Below, piece after piece: positions 29,442 through 38,680 of a DNA stretch of 48,073 nucleotides; the first letter of the stretch is position 1, and every line of letters starts with the position of its first letter. The stretch lies in the NCBI GenBank assembly GCA_013001815.1, contig JABDLV010000141.1, forward strand, positions 1 through 48,073. The letters are read 5' to 3'. The DNA comes from Bacteroidia bacterium (GTDB taxonomy: Bacteria > Bacteroidota > Bacteroidia > AKYH767-A > OLB10). The notes beneath the pieces are model-generated. The model ran no database searches and was not told where the DNA came from. It worked only from the letters and a program-made list of their open reading frames with translations. The position numbers and the translations under genes were made by a program.

Positions 29442-32400
29442 TTATTTTCGTTTTAACAATATGAAACCATTTATAGGCTCACTCCCATCTCCTTTATCAA
29501 ATTCATAATAATAGGTTCCATCATGCAATTCCTTCCCGTTAAGCACAGGTCCGGTATTTGAAGTTCCATCCCATGTATTGTCATATCCAGCCATCTCATA
29601 CACACAATTTCCCCATCTGTTAAATATTCTTAACTCATTCTCCGGATATTCTTCAGCACACTTAATTTCGAGTACATCGCCAATTAAATCACCATTGGGT
29701 GAAAGACATTGAGGCACACATACATCGCAATCACCAGCAACTTTAATAAATACAGTGGCAGTATCACAACATATGGGTATACCGTCATCGCAAATAAGGT
29801 AAACAAGAGTGTCTGGTCCAAGAAAATCAAAAAACGGTATGTAACTAATTTGACCGGTAATATTATCTACAGAAGCTATTCCATTACTCGGAAAGGAAAC
29901 TATGCTTACGGATGTACTATCAACAAAACCATCTACATCAAATGTATCATTCGCTGCTACATTAATATCAATTGCAATGTTCTTATCGGTTGTTACTGAA
30001 TCATCCATCGCAGTTGGGCAATCATTAACTGAATTTACCAATAGTCTCACTGTGGCAGTGTCACAGTTAACAACTAAACATCCGGTATCACACACTGAAT
30101 AAGTAAATGAATCTACACCAAAGTAATTTACTTCAGGTATATAAGTTACAGTTCCCAAAATATTATCAACCGTATAATTTCCTTTTGCCGGAGCATCTAC
30201 AACAACTAAACTTGAGGCATCAATCTTTCCTTCAGGATCAATATCATTAGACAATACAAAAATTGTTACGGGAGTGTCTTCAGCCATACTAGCTGTATCA
30301 TCAATTGCACTAAGAGGCAAATTAATGCAACAATTAATAGTGTCCAATACATTTAATACTAATGTATCAGTACTAATTCCACATTGGTTGCTAATTGTCC
30401 AAACCAGAGTATTAGAACCTGTTGAAAGACCGGTTACCAAAGTAGTAGCGGAATTTGTATCAACAATCATAGCATTACCTGAAATTACCGACCAAACTCC
30501 GTTCTCTCCAGCACCTGGTGCATTAGCACTTAATGAAGTTGTAGTTATGGTATCGCATAATAATTGATCCGCACCGGCATTGGCTATTGGAAGTGGACAA
30601 GACAAAACGGTCAAAATTACGTTTGCCGTATCACAACATACCGGTAGTCCGAAATCACAAACCAAATAACTTAATTGATCATTGCCAATAAATCCTGAAT
30701 TTGGAGTGTATGTGATTTGCCCTGTAATTGGATTTACAGTGGCGACTCCATTTAATGGTCCTGATATAATTGCAACAGAGGATGAATCTAAACCATTATC
30801 ATCTGTATCATTTGCCAATGGATTAAAGGTTATAGCTGTATTCTCCAATGTAGTATCACTATCTGAAACTGCCTGTGGGCACTGATTAACTATAGGTAAT
30901 GAATCTACAACTATGGTAATATTTGCTGAATCACAACACACAGGTAATCCAAAATCACAAACTCTATAACTTAATAGATCATTGCCTACAAAACCAGCAT
31001 TGGGAGTGTATGTGATTTGACCGGTAACCGGATTTACAGTAGCTACGCCATTTATAGGTCCGGATAGAATAACAACAGATGATGGATCCAAACCATTATC
31101 ATCTATATCATTGGCTAACGGGTCAAAAGTGAAAGTTGTATTCTCTAATGTAGTATCGTTATCTGCAACTGCATCTGGGCATTGATTTCCTATTATTATA
31201 GAATCTACTACTATAGTTATGATTGCAGAGTCACAACAAATCGGCATTCCAAAATCGCAAACCGAATAACTTAATTGATCAGTACCCACAAAACCTGCAT
31301 TGGGAGTGTATGTGATTTGTCCCGTAATTGAATTTACTGTGGCTACTCCATTTAAAGGTCCCGCTAGTATTGCAACAGATGAAGGATCTAAACCATTATC
31401 ATCTGTATCATTTGCCAATGGATCAAAAGTGAAAGTTGTATTCTCTAATGTTGTATCAAAATCTGCAACTGCATCTGGACATTGATTCGGCATAGGTATA
31501 GAATCTACTACTATGTTTATGATAGCAGTGTCACAACATACCGGTAATCCAAAATCACAAACCAAATAACTTAATTGTTCATTGCCAACAAAACCTGTAT
31601 TTGGAGTGTACGTAATTTGACCGGTAACCAAATCAACTGTTGCTGCTCCATTAAGAGGTCCTGACAATATTACAACAGATGAAGGATCTAAACCATTATC
31701 ATCTGTATCATTTGCCAATGGATCAAAAGTGAAAGTTGTATTCTCTAATGTTGTATCAAAATCTGCAACTGCATCCGGGCATAGATTATCTATAACTATA
31801 GAATCTACAACTATTGTTACGTTGGCTGAATCACAACATACGGGCACTCCAAAATCGCACACTTTATAACTTAACTGATCAATACCAATGAAACCTGCAT
31901 TTGGTGTGTATGTTATTTGACCGGTAACCGGATCAGCTGTGGCTACTCCATTTAATGGCCCTGATAATATTAGAACTGATGATGGATCTAAACCATTATC
32001 ATCTGTGTCATTGGCTAATGGATTAAATGTGAAAGTTGTATTCACTAATGTTGTATCACTATCTGCTACTGATTGTGGGCATTGATTAACTGCAGGATCT
32101 ATAGTTATTACAACAATTGCTGTATCTGTTCCACCATTGCCATCAGATACTATATAGATTAATGTATCCACCCCAGTAAATCCAGTGTTTGGAGTGTATA
32201 TCACAGAGTCTCCATTTGCCACAATTGCCGTTCCATTATTTGGTCCTGAAATAATTGTGGTTACTAGTGGATCTCCATCCGGGTCTGTATCATTCGCTTG
32301 TACATTAATTGTAACTGGAACTCCTACATTCGTTGATGCAGTGTCATCTATTGCAATCGGTGGATTACCTCCTCCAACTCCTACATTTATTGTTACAACT

Positions 32401-35045
32401 GCAGTATCCAATCCACCATTCCCATCTGACACTACATAGGTCAATATATCAGTTCCAATAAATCCTGGATTCGGAGTGTACACGATCGAATCTCCGTTTA
32501 ACACCGTTGCTGTGCCATTTAATGGTGGGGTTAAAATAGTTGTAACTAGCGGATCTCCATCCGGGTCTGTATCATTGGCTTGTACATTAATTGTAACTGG
32601 AACTCCTACATTCGTTGATGCAGTGTCATCTATAGCAACCGGTAGATTATTTCCTCCTCCAACTCCTACATTTATTGTTACAACTGCAGTATCCAATCCA
32701 CCATTCCCATCTGACACTACATAGATCAATATATCAGTTCCAACAAATCCTGGATTCGGAGTGTACACGATCGAATCTCCGTTTAACACCGTTGCAGTAC
32801 CATTTATTGGTGGAGACAAAATAGTTGTAACTAGTGGATCTCCATCCGGGTCTGTATCATTGGCTTGTACATTAATTGTAATTGGAACTCCTACATTTGT
32901 TGATGCAGTGTCATCAATCGCAACCGGTAGATTATTTCCTCCTACAACTTCTACATTTATTGTTACAACAGCAGTATCCAATCCACCATTCCCATCAGAT
33001 ACAACATAAGTTAATATTTCTATACCTATAAATCCAGGATTCGGAGTGTATGCAATCGAATCTCCGTTAAGCACCGTTGCAGTACCATTTATTGGTCCGG
33101 AAATAATTGTCGTTACTAATGGATCTCCATCAGGATCCGTATCATTGTTTTGTACATTTATTGTAACCGCTGTTCCTTGTGTTGTTGATACAGAATCATC
33201 TATAGCAACCGGTGGATTATTTCCTACTCCTACATTTATTGTCACAACAGCAGTATCTAATCCACCATTCCCATCAGATACAATATAGGTCAATATATCA
33301 GTTCCTAAAAATCCAGGATTTGGAGTGTATACAATCGAATCTCCATTTAACACTGTTGACGTACCATTTATTGGTCCGGAAATAATTGTTGTTACTAATG
33401 GATCTCCATCAGGATCCGTATCATTGTTTTGTACATTTATGGCTATGGCAGCTCCTTGTGTTGTTGATACAAAATCATCTATAGCAACCGGTGGATTATT
33501 AACTGAATTTACAGAAATAAGAACCATTGCAGTATCACAGATTGGAATGGTATTACAGATTACATAACTAAAACTATCAACCCCACTAAAATTTTGATTT
33601 GGTGTATAAGAAATTAAACCGGTTACATTATTTACAGTTACTGTACCATTCAAAGGACCTGAGCTTACGGATAAAGATGAAGTATCAATACTATTGTTGG
33701 GATCAGTATCATTATTAAGCACAGGAATATTAACAATACCTCCTGCATTTACCGAAACAAAATCATCTACTGCATTTGGACCTTGAATACCTCCGGTTGG
33801 ACATATATTGCCATTATCATCAACAAAACCTATTACTAAAAATGTTCCATCCGTACTGTTTTGATCTGGATTTGGATACGAGCCTAAATGTCCAAAATCA
33901 CTTTTTGTTGCATTAATGTTATTTAAAATGTCATCGGAACAACTTGCATGTATATTTGCGTCTTGATTCCCGTTAACTAAAAAATACCAGTCATTTCCAA
34001 TGTTGCCTAAGTTAATCACTAAAATATCTCCAGGATGTGTATTGGTATTGATATAAGGATTAGTTCCACTAGAATTGGGGCCAACACTAACAGTAGCACC
34101 CGGAGGTCCATCATAAATAACGGTCATTTCAACAATTTTCCCATCACAATCACATGGACAAGGAGGCAAGGGAAAAACCGAACCACAACTATTGGGTTGA
34201 CTAAAATCACTTCCACATGGACCTAAAGTATATCCTTCAGATAATTTTTTGCACAAATAAGATTCTTTTACGCATTTCTGAGTGCCATTATCACACATTA
34301 TAATCTTATCTGGATATGAAGGGCAAATAAGACTTACAACTGTAACAGTATGATTTGCGGTAGCTGTTAATCCATTTGCATCTGTTACCGTAACGGTATA
34401 AGATGTGGTTGCTGTTAAATTTATCGCAATGTTTTGAGTAGTAGCACCATTACTCCATAAAAATGAATATGGCGGAGTGCCACTTGTAACTGAACTAGTA
34501 ATAATTGCTGAAGCAGCACCCAACAAACCATTAATTCCACCTGCAGGACAAATATTTCCTTTATCATCTTTATATCCAATTACTAAAAAAGTACCATTGT
34601 TATTGTTCTGATTAGGATTTGGAAAATTTCCAAGACTACCAAAAGAACCATTAGTTGAATTTACGTTATTCAATAAGTCATCAGAACAACTTGTATGGAA
34701 TTGGGCATCAGATGAACCATTGACTGATATGTACCAATTGCTACCTATATTTCCAGCGGCAAGAGATAATGTATCACCTTGTTGTGTATTATTAAATGTT
34801 AATACCGGATTGCTTCCACTAGAATTTGAACTAACTTCAACTGTGGCATTATTCGGCCCGCCATAAATTACTGTTATATCAATAATTTTACCATCACAAT
34901 CACAAGGAGGTGGCCAATAGCCAACTTCTTGATCAGGACAAACACTAATAACCGGTACTGGAAGATTCCCACTACTTGTGTAACCAATTTGGTTAGTACA
35001 AATAAGAAAAATAAAACAAATGAAAACTGAATAAATACGTGCCAT
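29442..35045 (-). CDS. 1867-aa T9SS cargo adhesin (adhesin 2): Cys-rich N-terminal domains, SprB-like repeat, about 13 tandem-95/Big_9-like repeats, type-B (CHU_C) CTD
   Basis: Signal peptide; GTPPYSFLWSNG...YTVTVTDANG; ND-D-DGD / YTPN repeats; CTD SPNGD...IFNRWG..VY...WDG...GTYYY; directly upstream of a PorP/SprF gene. Confidence 0.92.
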   Translation of the reverse strand: MARIYSVFICFIFLICTNQIGYTSSGNLPVPVISVCPDQEVGYWPPPCDCDGKIIDITVIYGGPNNATVEVSSNSSGSNPVLTFNNTQQGDTLSLAAGNIGSNWYISVNGSSDAQFHTSCSDDLLNNVNSTNGSFGSLGNFPNPNQNNNNGTFLVIGYKDDKGNICPAGGINGLLGAASAIITSSVTSGTPPYSFLWSNGATTQNIAINLTATTSYTVTVTDANGLTATANHTVTVVSLICPSYPDKIIMCDNGTQKCVKESYLCKKLSEGYTLGPCGSDFSQPNSCGSVFPLPPCPCDCDGKIVEMTVIYDGPPGATVSVGPNSSGTNPYINTNTHPGDILVINLGNIGNDWYFLVNGNQDANIHASCSDDILNNINATKSDFGHLGSYPNPDQNSTDGTFLVIGFVDDNGNICPTGGIQGPNAVDDFVSVNAGGIVNIPVLNNDTDPNNSIDTSSLSVSSGPLNGTVTVNNVTGLISYTPNQNFSGVDSFSYVICNTIPICDTAMVLISVNSVNNPPVAIDDFVSTTQGAAIAINVQNNDTDPDGDPLVTTIISGPINGTSTVLNGDSIVYTPNPGFLGTDILTYIVSDGNGGLDTAVVTINVGVGNNPPVAIDDSVSTTQGTAVTINVQNNDTDPDGDPLVTTIISGPINGTATVLNGDSIAYTPNPGFIGIEILTYVVSDGNGGLDTAVVTINVEVVGGNNLPVAIDDTASTNVGVPITINVQANDTDPDGDPLVTTILSPPINGTATVLNGDSIVYTPNPGFVGTDILIYVVSDGNGGLDTAVVTINVGVGGGNNLPVAIDDTASTNVGVPVTINVQANDTDPDGDPLVTTILTPPLNGTATVLNGDSIVYTPNPGFIGTDILTYVVSDGNGGLDTAVVTINVGVGGGNPPIAIDDTASTNVGVPVTINVQANDTDPDGDPLVTTIISGPNNGTAIVANGDSVIYTPNTGFTGVDTLIYIVSDGNGGTDTAIVVITIDPAVNQCPQSVADSDTTLVNTTFTFNPLANDTDDNGLDPSSVLILSGPLNGVATADPVTGQITYTPNAGFIGIDQLSYKVCDFGVPVCCDSANVTIVVDSIVIDNLCPDAVADFDTTLENTTFTFDPLANDTDDNGLDPSSVVILSGPLNGAATVDLVTGQITYTPNTGFVGNEQLSYLVCDFGLPVCCDTAIINIVVDSIPMPNQCPDAVADFDTTLENTTFTFDPLANDTDDNGLDPSSVAILAGPLNGVATVNSITGQITYTPNAGFVGTDQLSYSVCDFGMPICCDSAIITIVVDSIIIGNQCPDAVADNDTTLENTTFTFDPLANDIDDNGLDPSSVVILSGPINGVATVNPVTGQITYTPNAGFVGNDLLSYRVCDFGLPVCCDSANITIVVDSLPIVNQCPQAVSDSDTTLENTAITFNPLANDTDDNGLDSSSVAIISGPLNGVATVNPITGQITYTPNSGFIGNDQLSYLVCDFGLPVCCDTANVILTVLSCPLPIANAGADQLLCDTITTTSLSANAPGAGENGVWSVISGNAMIVDTNSATTLVTGLSTGSNTLVWTISNQCGISTDTLVLNVLDTINCCINLPLSAIDDTASMAEDTPVTIFVLSNDIDPEGKIDASSLVVVDAPAKGNYTVDNILGTVTYIPEVNYFGVDSFTYSVCDTGCLVVNCDTATVRLLVNSVNDCPTAMDDSVTTDKNIAIDINVAANDTFDVDGFVDSTSVSIVSFPSNGIASVDNITGQISYIPFFDFLGPDTLVYLICDDGIPICCDTATVFIKVAGDCDVCVPQCLSPNGDLIGDVLEIKCAEEYPENELRIFNRWGNCVYEMAGYDNTWDGTSNTGPVLNGKELHDGTYYYEFDKGDGSEPINGFILLKRK
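30610..32090 (-). repeat. Five tandem 300-bp (100-aa) coding repeats, each with four Cys
   Basis: Matching blocks at 30781, 31081, 31381, 31681 and 31981; 31373-31475 is identical to 31673-31775. Confidence 0.92.
32095..33510 (-). repeat. Five tandem ~279-285-bp Cys-free coding repeats
   Basis: Recurring NDTDPDGDPLVTTI...NGDS..YTPN...SDGNGG.DTA units. Confidence 0.9.
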
Positions 35046-35438
35046 AATTTCTTTGTTTCAACCCTAACATTAAATTATTGTTCAATCAACATATTTTTAA
35101 TAAAAATCATTTGAGATTGAAAGAGAAACTAATTCTCTCAAAACCAAATAATACTAAAAACAGAAAAAATCTAAATTTTCCGGCCCACGAAGATTATATA
35201 GCTGAAAATCGAACAAAGAGGATTTAGCAAGATTTAATCCGCATTTCAACTATAATTTGCAAGCTAACAGGTTTTCAACAAAACAACAACTAAATTTCCA
35301 TCAAGGCTAATTCAAAATCTCTATAAAACAATGTATACAATTGAAAAACAGAAATGTAAGCCAAATCACCGTACACAGAGTTATTAACAATTTTTGGCTA
35401 AATTTTTTGTTGAAATAGAATATTTTACAAAAAGTCAC

Positions 35439-35466
35439 AAAAAAAGCCCTGTATTTCTACAGGGCT
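35439..35466 (-). terminator. Intrinsic terminator closing cassette 1
   Basis: Minus strand AGCCCTGTA-GAAA-TACAGGGCT then T6, 20 nt after the PorE-like stop; perfect 9-bp stem with a GNRA loop. Confidence 0.92.
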
Positions 35467-35486
35467 CAAAACATATTTAAAGGTTT

Positions 35487-37661
35487 TTATTCAACCGACA
35501 AAATTTTAAATTCTGTACGCCTGTTTGCTTGGTGTTCGGCTTTACTACATTTTACACCGTTACTACATTGGTTAGTTAACACTTTTTCACCATATCCTTT
35601 GGCTACCATTCTCGAATTAACTATGCCTTTGGATACCAAGTATGCTACGGCAGATTTAGCTCTGTTATCAGATAGTCTTTCATTATAAGCATCACTTCCT
35701 CTACTATCAGTGTGTGATCTTAATTCAATTTTTAAACCAGAATAATCATTCATGGTTAATACAAGCTTATCTAATTCAATTGCTGCGTCAGGCCTAATGT
35801 AATATTTGTCTAAGTCATAATAAATATTGTCTATTCTAATAATATCTCCTACGCAAAACATCTCTAGATTTATTGCGAATTCTTTTTCCCCAATTATGTT
35901 TTTAGTTGATATAAATTCTTCATTGGATGTACATCCATCTTTTACTCCCACAATTTTGTAGTCTGAATTTGGCAATAGATCAAAGTGGTATTTGCCATCC
36001 GGGCCTGCTGTGTATTCTCTCACAGAATTATCAGATGTATTTAGTAAAGTAATCTTAACAACAACGTCTTTCATTGGTGCACCATCAAATTTGGTACTAA
36101 CCGCACCACTCACAGAAATATTTGCAACTTTTTCTAATGGAATTTTAATAAAGGGTTTATTATCTCTATCATATTCTGTTGAAGCAAGAGAAGCTATGCC
36201 TTCTTGATAACCCTCTTTGTTAGCTTTGAAATCGAAATTCTGATTTAATTCAACTTCTTTAAATACTTTACCATCTGTTCCTGTAGTTAATCCTTCAGTA
36301 TTTGAAACATTCTCTACAATCTGAACCAATACTTTATCTAGTGGCTCGTTGGTCTCTTTATCATAAACCAACACTTCCAAATTAACCGGCATGTTCAATC
36401 TTTCAAATGCATAAATATCATCACCTCCCTTACCACCTGGTCTATCAGAACTAAAATACCCTCCATCATTATTAGAGTTTAAAATGATTCCAAAATCATC
36501 ATATTTCGTGTTAACCGGATTTCCCACATTAACAGGCGAACTCCATTCACCCGAAGTATTTCTTATAAAATAATTGTCTAATCCACCCAAGCCTTTGTGT
36601 CCGTTAGAAGCAAAGTATAGTGTTTTGTCATCATGCAAAAAGGGGAAAATCTCATTTCCTTTTGTATTAACTTTTGGACCTAAATTCACTGGAAGCCCCC
36701 ATCCGCTTTCTGTTCTCTCACATACATACAAATCCATACCACCTTCTCCATTTGGCATATCAGAACTAAAATAAAGCTTAGTCCCATCAGCAGAAACTGC
36801 CGGATGTGCCATGTGATAATCATGGTTGTTGTATTGAAATTCCACAGGATTTCCCCATCCAGTTTTATTTTTATGTGAAGAGAATATTTTCAATTTCACA
36901 ATGTCTCTTTCACTTTTATATACTTTTCCTTTGACAATATTATTTCTGGTAAAAAACATTGTATTACCATCTCCGGTAAATGTAACAGCTCCATCATGGT
37001 ACTTGGTTTGAACAGATTTTAGAAACAACTCAGGATTAGAGAGCTCATGTTTTTGCCCTACACTAAAATAAATTTTACTAAACGGTTTATCGTTCCAGGC
37101 ATGATTGTATTGCACAAAACTTTCATTAACCCTATTGGAAGCAAATACAAGACCCTTTCCATATAGTGTTGGACTAAAATCATCCTCCTTTGAATTAATC
37201 TCTAAGTTTTTAATGGTGTAAGAATCTTTATTAGCAAAGAAATTATCTAAGTTCTTAATTGACTCTACAAAAATTCCACCTCGTTCATCTTGTGCTTGAG
37301 AAGCACTATAAGTATCTAACCAAGTTTGTGCTTGCTCATACTTTCCATTTCTCATTAATGCTTGTCCGTAATACAAGCGATTAATTGGTTTTGCATCAGG
37401 CAATTTTACCACCTTGGCATACCATAATTCTGCTTCTTCACTTTGATTTGTTAATCTATAACAATCTGCAAGCCTTGACAATACTTCAGTATTAGCAGAA
37501 TCTTTACCAGCCACCATATTGTATTTTTCAATAGCTTGGATATAAGCCATTTGATTATACAGTTTATGTGCCTGGTAGGTTATTGGCTTGCTGCATGAAA
37601 ACAGAAACCCAATTAATACCACTACTAATATTTTCGATTTAATTACCATTTGATTATTCAT
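35487..37661 (-). CDS. PorE-like lipoprotein (TPR, PD40, two carboxypeptidase-regulatory-like domains, OmpA_C); cassette 1
   Basis: Lipobox LFSC; TPR LADCYRL...AELWYAK...YGQAL; PD40 motifs; HTDSRGS...GYGE...NRRTEF; ATG at 37661 or 37649 preferred over 37733. Confidence 0.92.
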   Translation of the reverse strand: MNNQMVIKSKILVVVLIGFLFSCSKPITYQAHKLYNQMAYIQAIEKYNMVAGKDSANTEVLSRLADCYRLTNQSEEAELWYAKVVKLPDAKPINRLYYGQALMRNGKYEQAQTWLDTYSASQAQDERGGIFVESIKNLDNFFANKDSYTIKNLEINSKEDDFSPTLYGKGLVFASNRVNESFVQYNHAWNDKPFSKIYFSVGQKHELSNPELFLKSVQTKYHDGAVTFTGDGNTMFFTRNNIVKGKVYKSERDIVKLKIFSSHKNKTGWGNPVEFQYNNHDYHMAHPAVSADGTKLYFSSDMPNGEGGMDLYVCERTESGWGLPVNLGPKVNTKGNEIFPFLHDDKTLYFASNGHKGLGGLDNYFIRNTSGEWSSPVNVGNPVNTKYDDFGIILNSNNDGGYFSSDRPGGKGGDDIYAFERLNMPVNLEVLVYDKETNEPLDKVLVQIVENVSNTEGLTTGTDGKVFKEVELNQNFDFKANKEGYQEGIASLASTEYDRDNKPFIKIPLEKVANISVSGAVSTKFDGAPMKDVVVKITLLNTSDNSVREYTAGPDGKYHFDLLPNSDYKIVGVKDGCTSNEEFISTKNIIGEKEFAINLEMFCVGDIIRIDNIYYDLDKYYIRPDAAIELDKLVLTMNDYSGLKIELRSHTDSRGSDAYNERLSDNRAKSAVAYLVSKGIVNSRMVAKGYGEKVLTNQCSNGVKCSKAEHQANRRTEFKILSVE

Positions 37662-37683
37662 GGTTGTTCTTTTTTTAAGTTTT

Positions 37684-38640
37684 TTAGAAATATCTAATTG
37701 ATGAAATACCTTTTTTCTTGAAGTTAAAATCATATCCTAAGGAAATTTCATGTGAACCCGAAGTATGGTTACCTATATCCGTTATTGTATAATCATATGA
37801 ATATCCAATCCTAAATTGTGGTGATACATTTAAGGAACTAATTAATGCTATAGCATCACCGGTTCTATAGGAAGCACCAACCCAAATTATCTCGTTTATT
37901 AATGCATTCACATTAAAGTCCCATTCAACTGGAGCCCCAAATACTGCTTTAGTCATAATGGTAGGTTTAAGTTTTAAATTTTCTGACACAGGAAAAACAT
38001 ATCCCGCAGTAATATAATTGTGCCAGTTTTTTAAATTGACTTCATTGTTCACCTCAAAGTTATTTGTAGGGTCAATAGAACTTTCAATTAACCTTGGAAT
38101 TGACCATCCAACATAAAAACTGGGCTTCTGGTAATACATTCCAAAACCAGCCTTAGGAGCCATTTTGGTTGGAGTATCTTGCATAAATAAAGGATCAATA
38201 TTTACCCCATCCACAGGTGTTAATTCAGATAAGTTTTCTTGCAAACTGGTAAATCCACCTTGCAGTCCAAAAGAAAGAATTGCATCGTCACTAACCGGTA
38301 ATCGATAAGCATATGTACCCATAACAGAAAACTTTTTGGTTACCCCAATTTCTTCATTCATAATCGACATACCCAAACCAATTTTTTTCTTTTTTAGAGG
38401 AGCATGTATTGTAAACGTTTGCGTAGTAGGAGCTCCATCAATACCAACCCATTGGTCTCGGTAAAGCGCGAAAGTAGAAATGTAATCTCTAGACCCGGCA
38501 TACCCAGGGTTAATGAACATTTCATTATTCATATACTGCGAAAACATAGGATCATACTGCGCATTTGCATCTGACTTCGTCAGACAGAAAATTATACCTA
38601 TGAACATTACAATTTTTAAACTTCTTTTGAACTCTTTCAT
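37684..38640 (-). CDS. T9SS PorP/SprF family outer membrane protein; cassette 1
   Basis: ANA-Q signal cleavage; FSQYM..INPGYAG, YRDQWVG, GYSYD, GSHE, IRYF. Confidence 0.94.
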   Translation of the reverse strand: MKEFKRSLKIVMFIGIIFCLTKSDANAQYDPMFSQYMNNEMFINPGYAGSRDYISTFALYRDQWVGIDGAPTTQTFTIHAPLKKKKIGLGMSIMNEEIGVTKKFSVMGTYAYRLPVSDDAILSFGLQGGFTSLQENLSELTPVDGVNIDPLFMQDTPTKMAPKAGFGMYYQKPSFYVGWSIPRLIESSIDPTNNFEVNNEVNLKNWHNYITAGYVFPVSENLKLKPTIMTKAVFGAPVEWDFNVNALINEIIWVGASYRTGDAIALISSLNVSPQFRIGYSYDYTITDIGNHTSGSHEISLGYDFNFKKKGISSIRYF

Positions 38641-38680
38641 CTTTTCTTATTTATCAATTAGAATTTATTGATTTTATTCT

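Noticed and set aside
30610-33510. Regular DNA repeats considered as a CRISPR array or a diversity-generating template
   Set aside because: Units are 279-300 bp in-frame protein domains with no short repeat-spacer structure, and no cas or reverse transcriptase gene is present.
35046-35438. Intergenic region as oriC, ncRNA or invertible promoter
   Set aside because: No dnaA/gidA context, no perfect DnaA boxes, no extended structure, no long flanking inverted repeats and no recombinase nearby.
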